Shown piece by piece: positions 24,372 to 38,095 of a stretch of 64,000 nt of DNA. The DNA is from Lingula anatina. Lineage: Eukaryota; Animalia; Brachiopoda. Below the pieces are notes generated by a model that was given only the letters and a program-made list of their open reading frames with translations, was not told the DNA's origin and did no database searches. How positions within the stretch are numbered: position 1 is the first letter of the stretch; every line of letters begins with the position of its first letter. The stretch is taken from contig CM120640.1 of assembly GCA_051362555.1 (NCBI GenBank), positions 3,038,001 through 3,102,000 of the forward strand. Reading direction: 5' to 3'. The position numbers and the translations under genes were made by a program.

Positions 24372-27300
24372 CTAATATGTGTCAATTATCTTCTTCGCAG
24401 CCTTGTACATGTTTTCCTCTTTCTTCTGAAGCAGCTCGATCTTGTCTTTCTGACCTGGTTCCCTGCACAAAGCGATGAACCGACTAACACCTTGCTTGCG
24501 AGCGCGCCCACGTGTCTGTACGAGCGCCGTCACTGAACTAGGAGGATTCATATGAATCACGAGTTCACATTCAGGAAAATCTACCCCTTCTTCAGCAACA
24601 GAGGTGGCAACTACCACCTGGTACTCGTAATTCCTAATGCCTTCCAGGGCCCTACTCTGCTTTTTGATGGTCATTCCACCACCATCAGAGGAACCACCAC
24701 CATGGCCCACTATGCAAACTGGACAAATACCGCGTTCTTTCAATTCCTCCATTTCTTTAAGAGCCTCTGTCATTTGCTGTGCAACTACCCTTGTTTTCAC
24801 TAAAACTAAGACAAATGGCTGCTTTCCTTGCTCCCTGGAGTCCCAATCAATTCCCTGTAGTATTTCTCTGGCTACTGTCTTGACGGCCATCTTGTCATCT
24901 TCCTTCTCCTCTTTTGTCCTCAGGGCAAAATGTTCTGTCAGACTTTTCACTTTCTGGTGTGCCAAATTTAACTCTGCTGCTTTTTCAAAACTCCCTGGAT
25001 GCGATCTGTTCAAAAGATCTTGGAGAACTCTGAAAGCAAATTCCACGGAACCATCTCCCACAGCACTCAGCGCCTCACAGAGAACACTGCAGTGAAGCTT
25101 CAGCGCTTCTATGTAGATATTTCTATCAGGCTCGATTGGCTTTGCGTCTTGCAAAAATATTTGGAATGCTTCCAAAACATCCCCTTTCAGATCCTGGCAA
25201 GTTTTCACTTCCTCTCTACTGTCAAAATTCCCAAAATCAGTCTCGACTGAGAGGCGGTTGTAACAAAGGAACAAATATTTCTGAAGTTCGTCCTGCAGTT
25301 CTTTCTCATTTACAGTCAAGCCCAGCTCTTTAGCTATTAGTTTGGTTTGGGTCTTGTATTTTGACAATTCTTTGAAACTTCTATCATTTTCCATGATGGC
25401 TGCCAGTTTTCCATCACCAATATTTTCCAGAAGTCTCTTGAGCATTTTTTCTGTGTCTTCCACTGTTTCTCTCCCTGCTGGAGATGCAGTCAATCCTGCA
25501 ATAAAAAGAATCAAAGTATAACCCAGATTGTAGAGCCATACAGGCAAAGCATACATCTTAAGATGAAAAAAAAAAAACAAACCCAAATTGGTCTTAATAT
25601 ATGAAGTATTATCAGCAGTTTGTATAAACTCTGAAAAACTTTTGTGAGCTAAATGCACTATGTAGTATACTAGTAGCTCGTCTTAATGTATTGTGGGCAA
25701 AGAATATAAATTCTACCTAATTAATTTAAGCTGAATTAATTTTGCAAACAACCAGTAGAAAATCTAACTGAGAGAGTGTAAACAACAAAATAATGATACT
25801 TTTTGCATTCATATCAAGCAAAAAGTAACAACTGAACAAAATTATAATTTACCTAAAATTTTAGGTCTGTGTTTAAGTTGTAATTTGCGGTGGAACTGTT
25901 CCAGAAGCCTGTTGAAGGGGTGACTTTTTACACAGTGGTGGGCTTCATCAAACACAGCCAGGCAGAGGTCTTGCCAGCAGACAACTTGTTTCTCCAGCAG
26001 ATTTAAATAATAAGCTGAAATATTTCACATGATATCAAATTATGTGTTATATATTGTGTGGCTTGATGCCATTAAAACACTTAATGACATAAAAACTGTT
26101 TATATTATATAATATACAGAATACTGTGATTGAATATTTAAATCACACATACACACACGCTTTGAAATCAAACTTTTTCTACATAATGATAATATTAACT
26201 TAAGGTAATTATATAGAGAAACAGAGTCGACCCAATCTCCATGCACATACTGAAATAATGCCATACATACAGTATACACATACCTGCGGTGGTCACTACT
26301 ATGTCTTGTTTCCATATCAACTCTCCTCCTGTATCTTGCTTTTCCCCACACAGAGTTCCAATTTTTAACTGACGGTCATGTTGCACCCCATCATCTATCC
26401 TAGAGAAAATTGTCACAATTCAAATCTTAAAGTTCCCACTAAATCAAACTTCTGAATTATTATTTATTCCAGAAATTATTTTTAGGTCCATATGGTACAT
26501 GTACAGTTCAATACCTCACCATAATAACACACTGTACAACATGCCCATTTTAAAAACAGAAACACTAACAGTTAGGGTAGGTGGGAGCAAGGTGGGGGGG
26601 GGGGGGGGGGGGTTGTGACAAACTAATCTTTCATCATCCTCCATTCCCTTTGGCCTAAAATAAACATATACAAGTACTTCTGACTTTCATTACAATGTTT
26701 ATGACATCTACAACAATAACAAAACATTTCCAATTACTTTTTATGAGGCACATGTAACGGAAATTTTCAAGATATTTTTTCCAATACAGGACTCCTGCTA
26801 CTGGTACTTGTAGCATTAAAACTTAAAGAATTCTCCTTTAAGGAGAGACATTTCTTCCATTGCCCATATCAGGAATCACAAAGAAAACAAAACACACAGC
26901 AAATGAGCTGATAAAAAGGGTAATTTGTAATTCTCAAAAGACCATAAACACATTAGATTTACCTGTACCTAAGAGATATGGAACAATGAAGTTGTTTACA
27001 TTTTGATTACACCATACATTTCCTATATTACCTGGTATACATTTTGTCCCCCAGCTCTGTCTTCAGTACTTTACTCTGCTGCATGACCAGTAGCACCCTG
27101 TCCACCAGAAACACCACAGGTCTGGCAGGGTTCAGCTGCAACATGTGACTCACAACCATGGCCGATATCACAGTCTTTCCAGTGCCTGGAATATTTAACA
27201 ACATGCACAGCCTAATTATTTTTTAACTCCCTTAACACTGTCAACTTTATCCTTTTCATTAATTCAAAAGCCTTTACCAAAATGCATTTTCCCAAGAATG

Positions 27301-29207
27301 ACATGATGATATTTGGTTATCCCAACTTAACACATTAACCAACTACAGTGTTTTATCACTTGAACCTCCCTTTACAACAACAAGTGTAAAATAAAGCATG
27401 GGCATCTCACAATTAACATACAAACTTTACCTGTTGGTAGAAAGACCACCACATCTCCTTTCATCGCTGCTTCATACAGGTCAATTTGATAACTTCTGGG
27501 TAGTGTTGTTGTCATCAAGGAATAGGGATCCATGTCACAATCAACCACTTCTTTCACATGAGATGGCAAGGATCTCTCTGGAACACACTGTGACTGGGCC
27601 AGTTTTGCCTTGTGCTTTTCACTCTGAAGGTGTTGAGCATGGCTCTCTGGTCCAGAGAAATTCACCTGACACTCAGAGCAGCTGTAAAGACCAGGCACAA
27701 AAGTCAATTGTAAATATCCGTTTTTTGCTCTGGAAAGTTGCTTTGCATGATTTTTTCCTCTGAAATGCTGTGAGGATTTAATTCTGGAATCCAGACCAAC
27801 ATTGCATATGAAGCACTGTCCCCTTCCTTCACTATCTATACTGTACACAGCTTGTCTGTTACCATCAGCATCAACATAGGAATCATCACTGCCATCTTCA
27901 GCATCTTGACTTTTCAATGACAACTGAAGAAACTTCGCACATAGATCATCATCCACACTTGGAGGCAGCTGTACAGTTGGGGTAGTGTTCTCAGAGCCAA
28001 CAGTAGGTTTTTTATCATTCTGGAACAGTTGTTTTTCTTTTGTTTCATCCTCCTCCTTCTTGCAAGTGATATTTTCATTTTCATTTCCATTTCTACCAGT
28101 AGCAGGCAAAATATTCTGGACCAACTGAGTGACCTTGGTACATGCATTATCCCTTTCTGACATACTGTCAACTTCTTTTATAGCAGTCACATCATTTTGG
28201 TCCTGTTGCTTTAACTTGGTGTCATCATCCCGATCAAGTGCACATGAAGTGTCTTCTCTACGAATATTTACCGGAGTTGAACATTGATTGAAATGCAACT
28301 TTTCATCCAATATATCAGCAGTGACTGGTGTTTCCTGACCAGGCACCTGAACCTGTGTCTCAGCTGTCAAGACGCTGACTCCATCAGCACAACCAGATTC
28401 TTGGACATCTGGCCTCAAGAGTTTCTCTGGTGTCTCCAGGGTTGTTTCTTGTACCATAAAGTCTGGTGTAGCTGGAACTGCAGAAATATTCCTGACAGAC
28501 ATCATACCCATACTCTGGACTTTCTTTTTGTGTGCACTGCCCACTTGATGTTGTTCAAGATGGTATTGGGAATTACAGTCTACACTGCATACATCACAGT
28601 GATACCATGACGTATTATCAAGTGGTGTGGCCATGCGTGCCTGACTGCCATACTGACGCATTTTCTTCGTATGTTTCTGTCCACTAAGGTGCTGCTTGGC
28701 ATGTTGCAGTGAAGTAAAGGCAATTTGGCAAACATAGCAATATGTTTCATCATATTCTTTGGCTGCAGCATCAGCTCCATCGCTATCAATGCCTTCTTTA
28801 TTTTCCACTTGAGTGTCCATCTCGTTTTTCTGTGCCTGGGAGTTGGGGTGCTGCTGGGAATCCACAGCCGAGTCCACGCATTCAGGTTGTCGGGGTGGGA
28901 ATAACAAACGGGCAATCTCTTCACTTCCCACCTCCACTGTAGGGAATTGTTTGGTGTTTTGTAATTTTTTCTCTGCCGCCTGGTGTTTGGGACTTTGACG
29001 ATGTTGTTCTAAAATTGTGTAAGTATCGCAAAAGATATTACAAATGTCGCAACACGGCTTGTTGGTAAGGGTACTGCCCATTTTTTCAGAGGCAGTCAAC
29101 TTCTTCTGATGCTGAGCGCTCTCAAAATGTTGCTTGGCAGGAGCTTGACCACTAAATTGTTTCTTACAAACATCGCATTTTAAAGGTAGGAGCGGAGATA
29201 CATTCAT
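24372..29207 (-). CDS. SF2 DExD/H helicase of RIG-I/Dicer type with six N-terminal matrin/JAZ-type C2H2 zinc fingers (about 1110 aa). Exons 29207-27431, 27185-27032, 26399-26284, 26014-25853, 25495-24372
   Basis: Six C-x2-C-x12-H-x5-H fingers. Helicase motifs PRSYQ, LPTGTGKT, DEAHH, GLTASP, VLVKTR, VATSVAEEGVD and VQTRGRAR. Exon lengths sum to 3333 nt in frame. Confidence 0.92.
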
Positions 29208-29726
29208 TGCTGTAAATCTGGAGCTGCACGGCACAAAGGAAAAGCTCGAAAGGTACACGAAAACGCACTGACGAAAACGAAAGTCGTACGTCATCACCGA
29301 CAAAATTCCCCAAGGAAATTCCCAGTTTCAGTTTGGATCAACAAAACACTGTAAGGTTTGTACAAATAATACTTAAAGCCATACTTACCATCTGCGCTTA
29401 CATCCAATTAAGGTATTGAAAAACCATAGTGATGAACGAAAAACGGGGAGAAGAGCAAAAGACAAGGGAACCAGTCACAAACTATATTTCGCATTTATAC
29501 AAAGTTGACTTACGCTTTGTATATATTTTCGCTCCCAAAAGATGCTACTATTTAAATTACGCACAACTATACTTCTTTCTCCGTATTTAAAGAATTAAAT
29601 TAGTGAAATTATTACACTAAACATAATTTTATCCTTTTCAATATTAATTCTTACTGTTAGCGAAACGTTATCTTATATATAAATAAAAGCACAGCTCTGT
29701 ATGTCTTTATTTTGGTAACAAGCAAC

Positions 29727-32120
29727 ATGGCGGACCTTGACCAGGTAACTGATTAGTTTTCAGGCATCAAATCGTTCTTTGTGATATTTTTCTGAAGAAT
29801 ATTAAAACAAATCTATTTTTATTTTTTGTAGAAAATATGTGTACTCTTAATAACCCCTATATTGTCGCATATACGGAAATACAGCATACCTTACCGTTTT
29901 GAAATATTCAGTACTTCACTTTTCAGACTATCAAAACGCAGCTCGAAAAGCAAAATATAAAACGCAACGTTGATGTCAAACAGCTTTACTTGTCCAAGTG
30001 GTGAGTGTGAAATTTTAGTTATAAAAAATTGCTGATTTGAAGGTAGTCCTGGCAGGCATTGTATATAAAGGGTTACCTAGTTAAAATGATGTGCTTCTAT
30101 CAAAATTCTAGTCAAGAGTATTTTCACTTGTATTGAGATTATACACCTTTTGAATAATTAATGCACCAATGGCTAATGCTGTATAAATACCCATTGCATT
30201 TATTTTGTGGTGTGTTCAGTTTTTCCCCCCACCCAGTGCGAAAATTAATTTTTATTGTATATTATTGTATTTTTGCCTTACAGCAATCTCAAAGATGTTT
30301 CAGACTTGGGAAGATTTAAAAATCTCAAATACCTATGGCTTAACCAAAACATGGTTTGTTGAACAAAAATATTTATTTTCTGTTTATATGATTATTCTAT
30401 TTCATTAATTCAGATGGAATAGACTTGTTTTTTATTCACATATCAATGAGTAATGCAGTTTATACCACAGTACACATGTACCGGTATATACAATTCAATG
30501 TTTTTGGCATCACTTAGATATATTATAGATTATATTGCGATGTTTTTTAAAGAGAATAAATAATAAAAAATATAAGAAATTCATTATTTTACCTTTTTAA
30601 AAGATTTTTTTGATTTGGCAACTCTTCAAAATAATGTTATGAAGCAATTTAAGTAGACTGCTTTAACTGGATTTTCTTACACTATTTAACACACTTGGAA
30701 ATATTTCCAAATAAGAAATAGACCTTTAACTTTTATATCATCTTCTATTTTAGCTCACCTCCATTAACTTCCTGGCAAATAATTATCGGTTGTCAGAATT
30801 ATATTTACAAGAAAACCATTTAAAAGAAATCACTGGGGCACTGAAACATTTAACAAGCATGGAGGTGCTATATTTGCACAACAACCAATTGACCAAACTG
30901 GAAAAAGTAGTAGCAGAGTTCAGAAAAATGCAGAATTTAAAATCACTGAGTGAGTATAGCCCCTTTTTTTCTAACTCTTACATGTAAGTTGAATTGAATG
31001 AAAATGAATGCAGATTTTAAAAGTTTTTAATTTTTTTTTCAGTAAAAGTGAACTTTTACTGGTATATTAAGTGTTATTATTTTGCCTATCTTATACAATC
31101 GTGTTTAAAGGTTCTAGTCAATACAGTGATGTGTATTCTTAACCATCATTGCAGATTTGTTTAGCAATCCAGTGGCCCAAGAGCCTGATTACAGACTCTT
31201 TGTGATATCAAGTATACCTTCCTTGGAATTGCTGGACAGACAAGGTGAGAGCATCTTTGTGATATAACTTCTAAAACTGTGTGGATATTAGAAACCCTTA
31301 GCTAATGTTAAATTATTAAGTAATTAACTGAAACATGAAGTTTAGGTTTATGTTTTAACCAGACGTGTGAATGAAATGAAGATCTTGATTTGACTGTCAT
31401 TGATGGAAGTTTTTTTTTCATTACATGGAACTTGAATGATAACTAAAATAAAAAAATTAAGCCAAAAACCTTGAATTCATGTTTAATCTTAACAAACTCT
31501 GGGATTTATCTGATTTAAGAAATCACAAAAGATGAGAAAGACAGGGCCAGAGAGATCTATGATCAGGAGCAAGAAGAGGTGAGGGGCACCATTGCATTTG
31601 GACGAAGATCCCAGGGTCCGCCATGTATATATTATCCTTCAAGCTTAGAAAAACAAGCGCCAACAAATCCAGGTAAAAGTTGTACATAATCTTCTCCCAT
31701 GTGTCTGCTGGGAAGATGCATCCTTTTTATTTTAAATCTAAGTAAGTCATTAGAGAAATGTCCTTCTTTACACAGTCCTACTTGACAGTCATGCATATTT
31801 AATACTTTGTAGAAAAATAAATAAAAACCAGAAAAGAGCTCACCATTTTATAATCACAAACTAATTGTCAAATAAAAGTATTTTTCTTTATTTAAGTTTT
31901 TTTTTCTTTATTTTCAGTGGAATTTGAAATAGGAAACAATTTCTACAGAAACAGTCCCAACTATACAACCCCTGATGATGCTGTTAATGCCAGACTGTTA
32001 AAGAAATCTGTCATGCAGTTCTCCAGGTTTGACTGGGCCAAGGTACCCAGGGGAGAACAAAAAAGGACTTCTGAGGAACCATTTGAGACTCCTCAAGTGT
32101 TGACGATGCACTTTAGATGA
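29727..32120 (+). CDS. LRRC72: Leucine-rich repeat protein, LRRC72-like (7 exons starting near 29727, 29928, 30284, 30754, 31155, 31520, 31918)
   Basis: LRRs (LKYLWLNQN, LSELYLQENHL, MEVLYLHNNQL), an LRR cap (NPVAQEPDYRLFVISSIPSLELLD) and C-terminal SVMQFSRFDW. Head-to-head with the helicase gene. Confidence 0.8.
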
Positions 32121-32222
32121 CATAAGCATTCTGAGACATCCTAAGGAATTGTTGGACAATCCAGGCAGTGTGTGTGCATGTGTGTGTGTGGCAATGAACA
32201 TTGGATGCAACACCCATACTTA

Positions 32223-32573
32223 AAGTTCAGTTGCTGAAGTAGTGAAAAGTATTACTTGTCTGAAGTCACACATTTATGTCATGAAAAAAACACTTACAAC
32301 AACATTTTATTAAGGTAAAATATAATGTTCAATAGTTAAGTAACAAAATTTTACTGTTTTTAAATAAATGTTACTTTTCTAATAATTTGTTGTATAAACA
32401 AGTTCACTTGCTGAAGTAGTGAAAAGTATTACTTGTCTGAAGTCACACATTTATGTCATGAAAAAGCACTTACAACAACATTTTATTAAGGTAAAATATA
32501 ATGCTCAATATTCAAGTAAAATTTTACTGTTTTTAAATAAATATTACTTTTCTAATAATTTGTTGTATAAACA
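32223..32573. repeat. Tandem duplication, 2 x about 177 bp, between the convergent 3' ends of LRRC72 and INTS12
   Basis: AAGTTCA.TTGCTGAAGTAGTGAAAAGTATT... begins at 32223 and again at 32400. Confidence 0.9.
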
Positions 32574-33107
32574 TATTAGACAAGAAAAACTCTGATAATA
32601 CAATGATGATAAATTGACATTTTTAAAGTTAATGACAAAACACTTTTTTAGTTATTCCTTTGTTGCAATACAGTAATAAGTGGTGGTGGTCCCCTCAATT
32701 CAAGAAAGGTTTTCTGTGAGCTATTTGTGAGTGCTAATGTAGCTATGTACTTCATTTCTGGATTAACAGTGTCTGTCATATTGACACTGAAAGTCAGTCT
32801 ACTAAGTACATAAAAATATTGCTATAATAGTAACAAGAGTTTGCCATGATCATCACAATAAAATGATAAGTCTGTCTTCCTTTCACAATAAGTATAAATA
32901 ACTGAAAGAAAATACATCATTGAATGGAACCAGGCAACAGTTCAATGTCAAATAATAATAATGCTAAAAATGCACCATATGCATTTTACACAATGAAATA
33001 TATCTTCTGAGAATTTTCATTAAAATGTGGAAATGACCAAATTTTGCAACGTGCAATATTCAAAACAGAATGGAATTTTAAGTCTGCTATTGTTAGAACA
33101 GAAAGCC

Positions 33108-36100
33108 CTATCTAAGGGAAGCTCTCTTTTCATTCATTTTGGCTGCAGCTTTCTTCTTCATCATCTGCAGTCTCTTGTCAGCACTCATGGCAGCAGACGC
33201 ACCAGAAGATGACGAGGCTGATGTTGATGATGAGGATGATGATGGTGCTGAGGCAGAGTTTGCTCTATCTCTGCTACCACTGGAGGCCTTTGCTGCTGCT
33301 GCTGCAGCTGCTGCTGCCGCGAGAGCTGCCGCTGACAGGGGTTTACTTCCACTAGATGACGACAGCTTAGACAACTCCTTACTTGAAGAAGAACCTTTGG
33401 AGGAGTCCTTAGTACTAGATAATGAGGACTTCTCCTTGCTGGACGAGGACAGTTTAGAAGACTCCTTGCTTGAGGAGCTTGACAATTTAGAAGACTCCTT
33501 GCCAGAAGAACTTGACAACTTAGAAGACTCCTTGCTTGACGAGCTGGACAGTTTAGAAGATTCCTTGTTCGATGAACTGGTTACCTTTGAACTGTCCGAC
33601 TTCTGTCCCACTTTTGAAGACAAGTTAGCAGCTAGACTTGCTAAACCCATGAGTGGTTTGCTGCTCTGGCTAGCTGTAGGCGACTCTTTTGTTGCTGAAG
33701 GCTGCCGAGCAATAAAAATAAACATTGAACTAATTTGATGTCAGAAAAACAAAACAGTTACTTCCTTTAAAAAGATAATTTGTATATCTCAAACAAAAAC
33801 TTTTTAATAGACTTGTACATATTACACCCTTAACAAGTATTATCTGTACCTTTACAGGTTCCAATCTTTTAAATGGTAGCATGGCTGGTGCTTCTGCCTT
33901 TGTGTTCTTCCCTCCATTACTGCTGTCTTTTAAGCTGCTGCTTACAGCAGTGGGTGCAGGGCGAGACTTCTGAGGTTTGGATACCTGGAAATACAAACCA
34001 AATACAGCTGAATTGCCTTTAAATAACATTTTATCACAAAATAACCTTACCCACAGTAACTATGTATCAATTTGAGATAAGTGCAACATTACCATACTTC
34101 AGTGAAACTAGTAGGTGAACTTTCTGTATTAAAAACACCACAATTGTAGCAAAAATCTTACCATTTTCTTGAGATTTCTGGAACATTTTGAGCAGTACCA
34201 GACAAAACGTGGGTCATTCACTTCTTGTTCAGTTACTGCAGGTCTGTGGCATTCCTGCAATAAGAACAGCCATAATAAAGCATGTAAATTAAAGACTGGA
34301 GAACTGAAACTGACAGTGAACAATAAAGAAATGACAGACAAATCAGGGGGATGATATATTTCAAAACTTCCTTAAAATATGTGTCAAATTATCATTTTCA
34401 TTACTCATGATCACATTTTGCCCACATGTTGCAATATTTCAATAAATTCTTTGTTTCAGAAAAAATGAAACTATTACTTACTTGATGGTACAGGCTGTGA
34501 CATTCTTGGCACTCCAACAACTGATTAAGGCTACTCACATCAAAATTGCTATAAGAAAGGATTGTATAACTTTTGAATGTGGGTGTTTTTCTTCTTCTTT
34601 TTTGTGTACATTTTTCTTTTAAAGACTTTTTAATTGAAACTTATGAAATGGACAAGGCCACTGTAACAAAAGCTTGTGATGAAATGTGCTTTACAAAATT
34701 AAGAACAAATCCATGAATTGTATAGCTATGAACAAGATTTCCATTGAAGTATTTATTTAATATAATAATGAATCAAAATATGATACACATTTCAAATGTT
34801 CAACTGTGCAGGGCTTTTTTTTGGTTGGAAAATTGAAAAAATATTTTGATCAATTAACTATAAAAGTAAAATTATCACTCTGAAATGAAATATCTTATCC
34901 CCCACCCAGGTCATCAAGACTATTAAATTATACTTACCCACAAACTATGCAGGCAATTCCCATGTCTATAGCAAAGTCCCCAGCATCCATGCTGCCTTCG
35001 CTATCGGTCTCTTCATCATAAACTGATCTCTCATTCTTGCTTCGTTCTCTCTCCTTTTCCTTCTCTTTTTCCATCAGTCTAGCCTTTTCTCTTTCCTTTT
35101 CTTTGACTTTGTCTCTTTGTTTTTCTTTTTCTTTCTCAGTCTCTCTTTCCTTCTCAGTTTCAGCTCTTGATGTTGTTTTAGGTGACTCGGTTCTACTTTT
35201 GCTCTCCAGTTTTGGCACCTTCTTGGCAGGTTCCTCTGATACATCAACTCCTTCTTGTTTGATCTATGAAAAGAAAATGCTTTTAAACTTAGGTTAATCA
35301 TTATGAAAATCATGGCCCAAAGTATGCTGTATTGATGGTATGGAAAAAGAGAATAATAGTGAAGCTTTGCCTTTCACAATGTCACAAAAATCATTTAACT
35401 TTTAATTTCTTGTCTGTATCTTCTTTAATTGCAGTACTGCAAAAGAACTACATAACAACCTTACCAAAACAAGAACTCACTGTGTTTTACCACCTACAGT
35501 AGCCACACCAGTTCCTAAATCCACCCCATACCTTGTCTACTGTCCTCTTTTCTGGCTCCTGCTTCTTACTGGATTGGGTGGGAAGTGATGGGGAGTCTCT
35601 CTTTATGGACTTCACTGATAAACCCTGAATGTAACAAATTAAGTACCAAGTATGTGACATGTGTTTATATATGTATATGTGTATATTGTTACATGTCCCT
35701 TCAAAATTATTCGTTCCAGTTATGTGTAGATTCGAATTAGGCAATCTTCATAACAATTACAACCAATAACAGAACAAACATCCATTTCATGTGATTTTTT
35801 TTAGATGAATGATGTCATGGGTTAAAGATGCATACAAAGTCAATTTTTTGTCACAAAACCCAACCAAATGCCAGCATATAGTTTCAATTAATATAACTAA
35901 GAGAATTACCAAAAGGCATTGTTTAATTTTACCCGAAAATGATGTTTGAACGGATTTGTCTGCTGGCATTCTAAGCTGTATGTCAATGGGGCAGGAAAGT
36001 AGGTCACGAAAGTAGGTTAAATTTACAACCAAAAATTTAAAGAAAGGAGCAGTCTAAAGGTCTTTTATGGCTGATCGAGTGATCTATTCAGTTTATCCCT

Positions 36101-36624
36101 TGGCATGTCGAATTTATTTGAGTCATATAAGAATCTAGTAGAAGTGGTTTATATGTGTTACTGGGAATCCAGGCTCGGTTCGTATGTACCTTTAAAACAT
36201 TAGTCTGACCACTGTATCATATGTTTTTATAAAACTATCTGGGCATAAGCCAGGCACTCATCCAGTTGTCTTTTTGACTACCAATTTCAGTTTTGATGAA
36301 AGTTATTTCAGATTTTTATAATTAGATCAAATGGAGACTTACTAGTAATGAGTTCTAATAAGAAAACGAATTTGGACTTCTTAATTACTACGTAGAATGT
36401 ACTACACAATTAATACTGGCTAAACCCATGATTTAAGTGCTTCTAAATTTTAACAATGTACACACCTTTTCTTTCTTTACACCCTCATCTACTTCTTTGG
36501 CAGGCCGTTTCTTCATGAGAACATCATCAACCATTTGCCTAAGTTGTTCTGTAGAATCTTTGGCCTTGGAGTGGAGGAGATGCAAGGCCTTCACAAAGAG
36601 TGGATCTAACTCTACAGAGGCCAT
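33108..36624 (-). CDS. INTS12: Integrator complex subunit 12 (PHD finger), multi-exon
   Basis: N-terminal MASVELDPLFVKALHLLHSKAKDS; PHD finger IACIVC..LLECQECHSLYHQECHRP..DPRFVWYCSKC; Ser-rich region; C-terminal ADKRLQMMKKKAA. Confidence 0.93.
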
Positions 36625-37310
36625 TCTCTGACTTTGCCACACTCACTGGTATGGGGCGCCTGTTAAGAAGAATATGTATTAAATATTACCTAAATGTATT
36701 AAATGTTTTTAAACCAAGTCATACATTCACAATAGTGCCAGTGATTCATGTCCTAGTACTGGCATGGTGGGGCAGCTACTAAGACAGCAACTCTTGAACT
36801 TCCCCGACAATATTACAGGCAGATTGTCCCATTCATTTCATACAACAAACCAATCTCATATAGATCTGAATTACTGCGTACGCATTGTCCAACTGTGCAT
36901 AAAAACAATCGCCAAACTACTAGTATCTATCTCACCTCTCCGGTGTGCCGACCGACTGGTGTGGATTTAACCTGAAGACGGCGCTTAGGTCTTGCAAGAC
37001 AGTCCGCTGGAAAAAAAAGTAGAGGCGAGGCGAGTAGGCCTAAGTTTACTTGTAACAGGTGATCCGATGTCTGCCTCTATTTCTTTTGGATTTTATTTAT
37101 TTATTTTCTGAGATTCTGTTTCAGCAACTCTTCATATGAGATTCAAAATTGACAATGAAAACATTGTAAACATTACAACACCTGATGAATTCCATTTTAC
37201 CACCAAAACAGCGGTCATTGCAATCATTCCGGAATCTGCGCTTGCCATCGGACCACATTGATTTTCTTGGCTACCTTCCGTAAAAAGCTCTTAAGAGATA
37301 ATTACAAAAA

Positions 37311-37344
<34 letters not shown>

Positions 37345-37569
37345 TAAAAATCGACTTACTTTGAATGTCGGAACGGATCCATTGTGTATTTTTAAAAATA
37401 GGCTATGGGAACAGTCGTTTACAGAAAAATTGTTTTTATGGCACTTATCCCGCCAAAATAAAGTGTTGATTTTCCTTTAAGTACATTATTTTATAGCCAA
37501 CAATATATAAAGGCCGGCCCACTTAGTAGGCCTATATATCTATTTTATGATATCGTTCGCTTTACAATA

Positions 37570-37840
37570 GGGGAGACCGGGGCTAGTTGAACCCCGGGGT
37601 AAGTTGCCCCCCCCCCCCCCCCCCCCCCCCCCCATCAAGTCTCATTAATAAAGTTACTTTAAGATGCTAAATTATTTCATTTGGACTCACTGCCGACGCT
37701 TTCTTAGCACTATTGGATACGGTCACTTTACAAAATGATGTGAACAATTCTTTTACCCCATATAGTTAGGCATACTTTGTCATAAATTGAGGGAGGAATC
37801 AACTTACCCCTTGCAACTTACAACTAGCCCCGGTCTCCCC
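37570..37840. mobile_element. MITE, right arm only
   Basis: TIR GGGGAGACCGGGGCTAGTTG / CAACTAGCCCCGGTCTCCCC with TA on the left; absent near 17640. Confidence 0.8.
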
Positions 37841-38095
37841 AACTTACACGGTCTTAAGCGATTAAGTTTTTTTTTTTTTTTTCGTTCAGGTATAGACTAG
37901 TCTTTTGCGTGATTACCCTCTTCATTTCACTTCAAGGTCGTGAGGACTTCGTTCAAACTGGTGTACATGAACATAAATTAACAAACATTGAAACAGGTTT
38001 GTATTCGTCAGCACAGCATCGATTTCCTAGTGCCATGCGTCACAGTCTATAAAACTGCTCCTCCGTTCACTCAGGAGCTTTTAATTAGTTCTACA

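Noticed and set aside
24372-29207. Calling the helicase Dicer, RIG-I or FANCM
   Set aside because: No PAZ, RNase III, CARD, CTD or nuclease domain is visible before the stop codon, so no symbol was assigned.
29714-29726. RFX X-box-like GGTAACAAGCAAC before the LRRC72 ATG
   Set aside because: Only one good half-site; too weak to call from sequence alone.
33139-33738. 199-aa acidic ORF with LEDSL repeats on the + strand
   Set aside because: It is the antisense shadow of the Ser/Lys-rich last exon of INTS12.
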